Shown piece after piece: positions 60,896-64,000 of a stretch of DNA of 64,000 nucleotides. The stretch is from Planctomycetota bacterium (lineage in GTDB: Bacteria; Planctomycetota; GCA-002687715; CAIWVZ01). The notes under the pieces were generated by a model. That model did not search any database, was not told the origin of the DNA, and was given only the letters and a program-made list of their open reading frames with translations. Position numbers and translations under genes: made by a program. The stretch's first letter is position 1. Every line of letters starts with the position of its first letter. The DNA lies in contig JBGANV010000002.1 of assembly GCA_044222185.1 (NCBI GenBank), forward strand, positions 1 to 64,000, written 5' to 3'.

Positions 60896-61525
60896 ATGCC
60901 TCCCAAGGCCGCGACGCCGATCAACACACATGCCGCATTCATCGAGGCGAAGGCGGGTTCCTGGGATGCCTTCTATGAGCGAGTCCGCCCGATCCTCATG
61001 GATGCCCTCCGCGGCGTACGCCTGCCCTCCGACTTCGACGCCGAAGACGTGATCCAGATGACGATGTACGAGGCGCTCATCGGGATCGAATCCTGGGTCG
61101 ACGTGAATCCTCGGGCATGGATCTGCTCCATTCTCCGGAACACGGTCATCGACGGTTGGCGCAAGTACAACGCCCGGAAGCGCACGGCAAACCGAGCCAT
61201 GTCGCTGAACGACGTCGAGGCCGTCGGCGACATCGAAGGGCGCGACATCGAGCGTCCCAGCGCCATCGCCCGCTTCAACGAAATGAAGGCCGCCCTCGAT
61301 GTCGTGATGAAGCAACTCAAGCCCGAGTACCTCGAGATCCTGCGACTCCGCGAGGCGGAAGGGACCGATTACGCCGAGCTCGCCGCGCTCCTGAACCTCA
61401 CCGAGAGCGGCGCCCGCGCCCGGGTGCTGCGCGCGCGCCGTCGGCGCGCCGAGCTGCTGAGTCGCATGCTCCCCGACCTCCCGATCGACAACGTCTTCAA
61501 CGAGACCACGACGTCGGCCGGATGA
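60896..61525 (+). CDS. ECF-type sigma factor (alternative start 60683)
   Basis: DAEDVIQ, AWICSILRNTVIDGWR, LKPEYLEILRLR..YAELAALL..ARARVLRAR; GGGAG SD before ATG 60896. Confidence 0.9.
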   Translation: MPPKAATPINTHAAFIEAKAGSWDAFYERVRPILMDALRGVRLPSDFDAEDVIQMTMYEALIGIESWVDVNPRAWICSILRNTVIDGWRKYNARKRTANRAMSLNDVEAVGDIEGRDIERPSAIARFNEMKAALDVVMKQLKPEYLEILRLREAEGTDYAELAALLNLTESGARARVLRARRRRAELLSRMLPDLPIDNVFNETTTSAG

Positions 61526-61713
61526 CGCTGGGGCCGCACTCCCGGCCCAGACGCGCCGCGGCTGCCCGCGCCGCGTTTTCCCCCGCCGACTCGCATCTTC
61601 CGCCATCCTGATTATCCTCTCCGGCGCCCCGGTCGAACCCGGGGCCCGCCCGGTTCAGGCCGAGGGCACCGACCGTCGACCTCGAGCCGATCGGACACGA
61701 CGGAGTGGAATCA

Positions 61714-64000
61714 ATGAAGCCCAGCGACCCCGCGGCGGCCGGCGGGAACGATGACCCTTCGCGCGAAACCGCCAGTTCGATCGGTGCGTCCGCACCCGGT
61801 GCCGCGGAGATCCGCGCCGAGCTCCGCCAGCGGTACACCGAACTCCTGCTCGGTTTGAACGCGACCGCTCCGCAGACGCCAGGCGCCGAGCTCTCTCGAA
61901 CTCAGCCCCCGACGGAGGCTCAGGGTGACGGAGGGATCATCGTGCCTGCGCCCGGGGTCCGCCTGGGCGACATCGTGCTCGAAGCGGAACTCGGCCACGG
62001 TGGCATGGGCGTCGTCTTCAAGGCGCGCGACCTGCGCCTCGACCGGCCCGTCGCCGTGAAGTTCCTGCTCCCGGAACGCGCAGCGCGCGAGAAGGCGACA
62101 GAACGATTTCGCCGTGAAGCCACCATCGGCGCAAAGCCCGGGATCCCCGGCGTCTGTCGCGTCCTCGATTTCGGTGAGTTCCGCGGCCTCCACTACATCG
62201 TCATGGAGTTCATCGAGGGCGCGACGCTGCATCGACATCTCGTCGATGCCGCGAAGACGCCACTCGATGCACGATCACCGGTCGATCGCGCAGATCGCGC
62301 CGGCGAGGCGCCATCGGCGACGACGCTGCCGCTGGAGACGGGGACTCCATCGTCCAAGACGGCGGTGCCAACTGCCCCTGATGCATCGACGACGCAATCG
62401 GACTCGCCCGCCACCCAGCTCGATCGCGGCATCCACTGGATCGAACAGGCCGCCTTGTCCGTGCACGCGTGCCACGAGCACGGCGTCATCCACCGGGATC
62501 TCAAACCGTCGAACATCATGATTCGCAGCGACGGCGTCCCGGTCGTCCTCGATTTCGGCCTCGCCTTCGACTCCCAGTTCGATGGAACGAGCCGGCTGTC
62601 GACGAGCGGCCACCCCATGGGTACGCCCGAGTACATGGCGCCGGAGCAGGTCGAGGGACGCCTGGATGCGATCGATCGCCGCACCGACGTCTATGCGCTG
62701 GGCGTGATCCTCTACGAATGGTTGACGCTGAAGCGCCCCTTCTCCGCCGCGACGCCGCAGGCCTGCTACTACCGGATCGTCAACGAAGCGCCCACCGATC
62801 CAAGGGCGGTGCGGCCGGGGATCGCGGCCGACCTCTCCGCGGTCTGCCTGAAGGCGATGGCGAAGCGGCCGGACGATCGCTACGCGACGGCAGCCGCTTT
62901 TGCGCGGGATCTCCGGCACTTCCTGCGCGGCGAGCCGACGACGGCCCGCCCGCCGACGACGACCCAGCAGTTGATCCGACGGGTGAGGAAGTGGCGGTGG
63001 CAGTTCACCGCGACCGCCCTTGCGGTGGTCGCTCTCGCCCTCGCGTTCAGGCCCGGGTCGAGCGGTCCTTCACCCACGATCGTCCAAGCGCGCGAGCGCA
63101 CCCGAACCGCGAGGCTTCAGTATGCGAATCAAGACTACGCCGGCGCGGCCGAGTCCTTCGCGAAAGCCGTCGAGGTGCTCCGAACGGATCCGAGCATGAC
63201 GCCGGACAACGAGGAGCTACTGAGCGTTCGACTCAACCTCGCTCAAGCCCTCGCATCGTCGAAGAAAATCGATCAAGCGGGCGTCGTCATCGACGAGGTG
63301 CTCGCGACGGCGGAACGCAAGCTCGGCCCGAGCGCGCGCTTCGTTCTCCAAGCCCGCCTCACCAAGGCGGTCGTGGTGCGTGCACTCGAAGGCCCCGAGG
63401 CGTCGCTCCCCATCCAGCAGGCCGCGATCGACGGCCTCGCCAAGATCTTGCCAGCCGACGACGAAGTCCTCCTGAACGGTCGCGGCGACCTCGCAGCAAC
63501 GGAACACCTCCTCGGGCACCTGGACGTCGCGTTGCGAATCCAGCAGGACGAGGTGCTCCCTGGCTTGCAGCGTCTTCGCGGCCCGGACGCAATGGACGTT
63601 TTGGGCCTCCAAGTCAACATCGCGGGCACTCTCGTGATGCTCGGCCGCTTCGCAGAAGCAGAACGCCTCTCGGCTGAAGTCATCCCCAAACTCGCCGACG
63701 CGGGGGTTTCGGAGAAACGGGCCGTACGGCAGGCCGCCCTGGGCACACGCGCGCTCGCCCTCTACAAGCTCGGCCGGTTCGCCGAAGCCAGACAGATTCA
63801 GGTGGATCTCGTCGGAGTCCGCGAACGGAACGAGGGCCCACAGAGTCAACAACTCGCGGCGTCTCGCCTGCAGCTCGCTCTCACCCTGATGCAGCTGGAT
63901 GACGTCGAAGGGGCGGCGGCCCAGCTTGCTGCGATCGCCGACGCCTTCCCCTCCGTGATCTCGCCGTCGAATCCCGACCTTCATGACCTGCGGGAGTCGG
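61714..64000 (+). CDS. Ser/Thr kinase with TM and TPR repeats; runs off the window end (absent from the ORF track)
   Basis: Read from the sequence: MKPSDPAA..ELGHGGMGVVFKARD..VAVK..HRDLKPSN..DFG..GTPEYMAPEQ..TPR-like helices; no stop seen before 64000. Confidence 0.93.
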   Translation, partial: MKPSDPAAAGGNDDPSRETASSIGASAPGAAEIRAELRQRYTELLLGLNATAPQTPGAELSRTQPPTEAQGDGGIIVPAPGVRLGDIVLEAELGHGGMGVVFKARDLRLDRPVAVKFLLPERAAREKATERFRREATIGAKPGIPGVCRVLDFGEFRGLHYIVMEFIEGATLHRHLVDAAKTPLDARSPVDRADRAGEAPSATTLPLETGTPSSKTAVPTAPDASTTQSDSPATQLDRGIHWIEQAALSVHACHEHGVIHRDLKPSNIMIRSDGVPVVLDFGLAFDSQFDGTSRLSTSGHPMGTPEYMAPEQVEGRLDAIDRRTDVYALGVILYEWLTLKRPFSAATPQACYYRIVNEAPTDPRAVRPGIAADLSAVCLKAMAKRPDDRYATAAAFARDLRHFLRGEPTTARPPTTTQQLIRRVRKWRWQFTATALAVVALALAFRPGSSGPSPTIVQARERTRTARLQYANQDYAGAAESFAKAVEVLRTDPSMTPDNEELLSVRLNLAQALASSKKIDQAGVVIDEVLATAERKLGPSARFVLQARLTKAVVVRALEGPEASLPIQQAAIDGLAKILPADDEVLLNGRGDLAATEHLLGHLDVALRIQQDEVLPGLQRLRGPDAMDVLGLQVNIAGTLVMLGRFAEAERLSAEVIPKLADAGVSEKRAVRQAALGTRALALYKLGRFAEARQIQVDLVGVRERNEGPQSQQLAASRLQLALTLMQLDDVEGAAAQLAAIADAFPSVISPSNPDLHDLRES

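Overview
High-GC bacterial DNA whose gene content (three ECF sigma factors next to WD40/TPR Ser/Thr kinases, many signal-peptide proteins) suggests a planctomycete; the taxon is inferred. Positions 1-48 kb are mostly housekeeping or accessory genes: a minus-strand MTase-tsaB-asmA-like-manC-ruvX-UDG run, an HNH nuclease, a beta-oxidation fusion, GT-C-like membrane proteins, oxyR, a hybrid histidine kinase, an lhr-nei-archease-rtcB repair cluster, an rsmH paralog and a MATE pump. This part also holds two probable selenoproteins that the ORF track splits at in-frame TGA codons (513..2090 and 47324..47674) and two palindrome-rich REP-like repeats. The most notable region is 49.4-64 kb. It contains a stand-alone, divergent SctV/FlhA type III export-gate gene, an FHA/coiled-coil protein, a CsgG-like lipoprotein, a protein joining a GDPH (MIIA/DUF1521-like) autocleavage domain to a needle(SctF)-like C-terminal helix, an unknown helical protein, two Ser/Thr kinases and an ECF sigma. 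Six of these genes, including the sigma gene itself, are preceded by the same ECF-type promoter GCAAC-N15/16-CGAT, and a seventh has a variant. This points to a kinase/ECF-controlled, T3SS-like secretion regulon.
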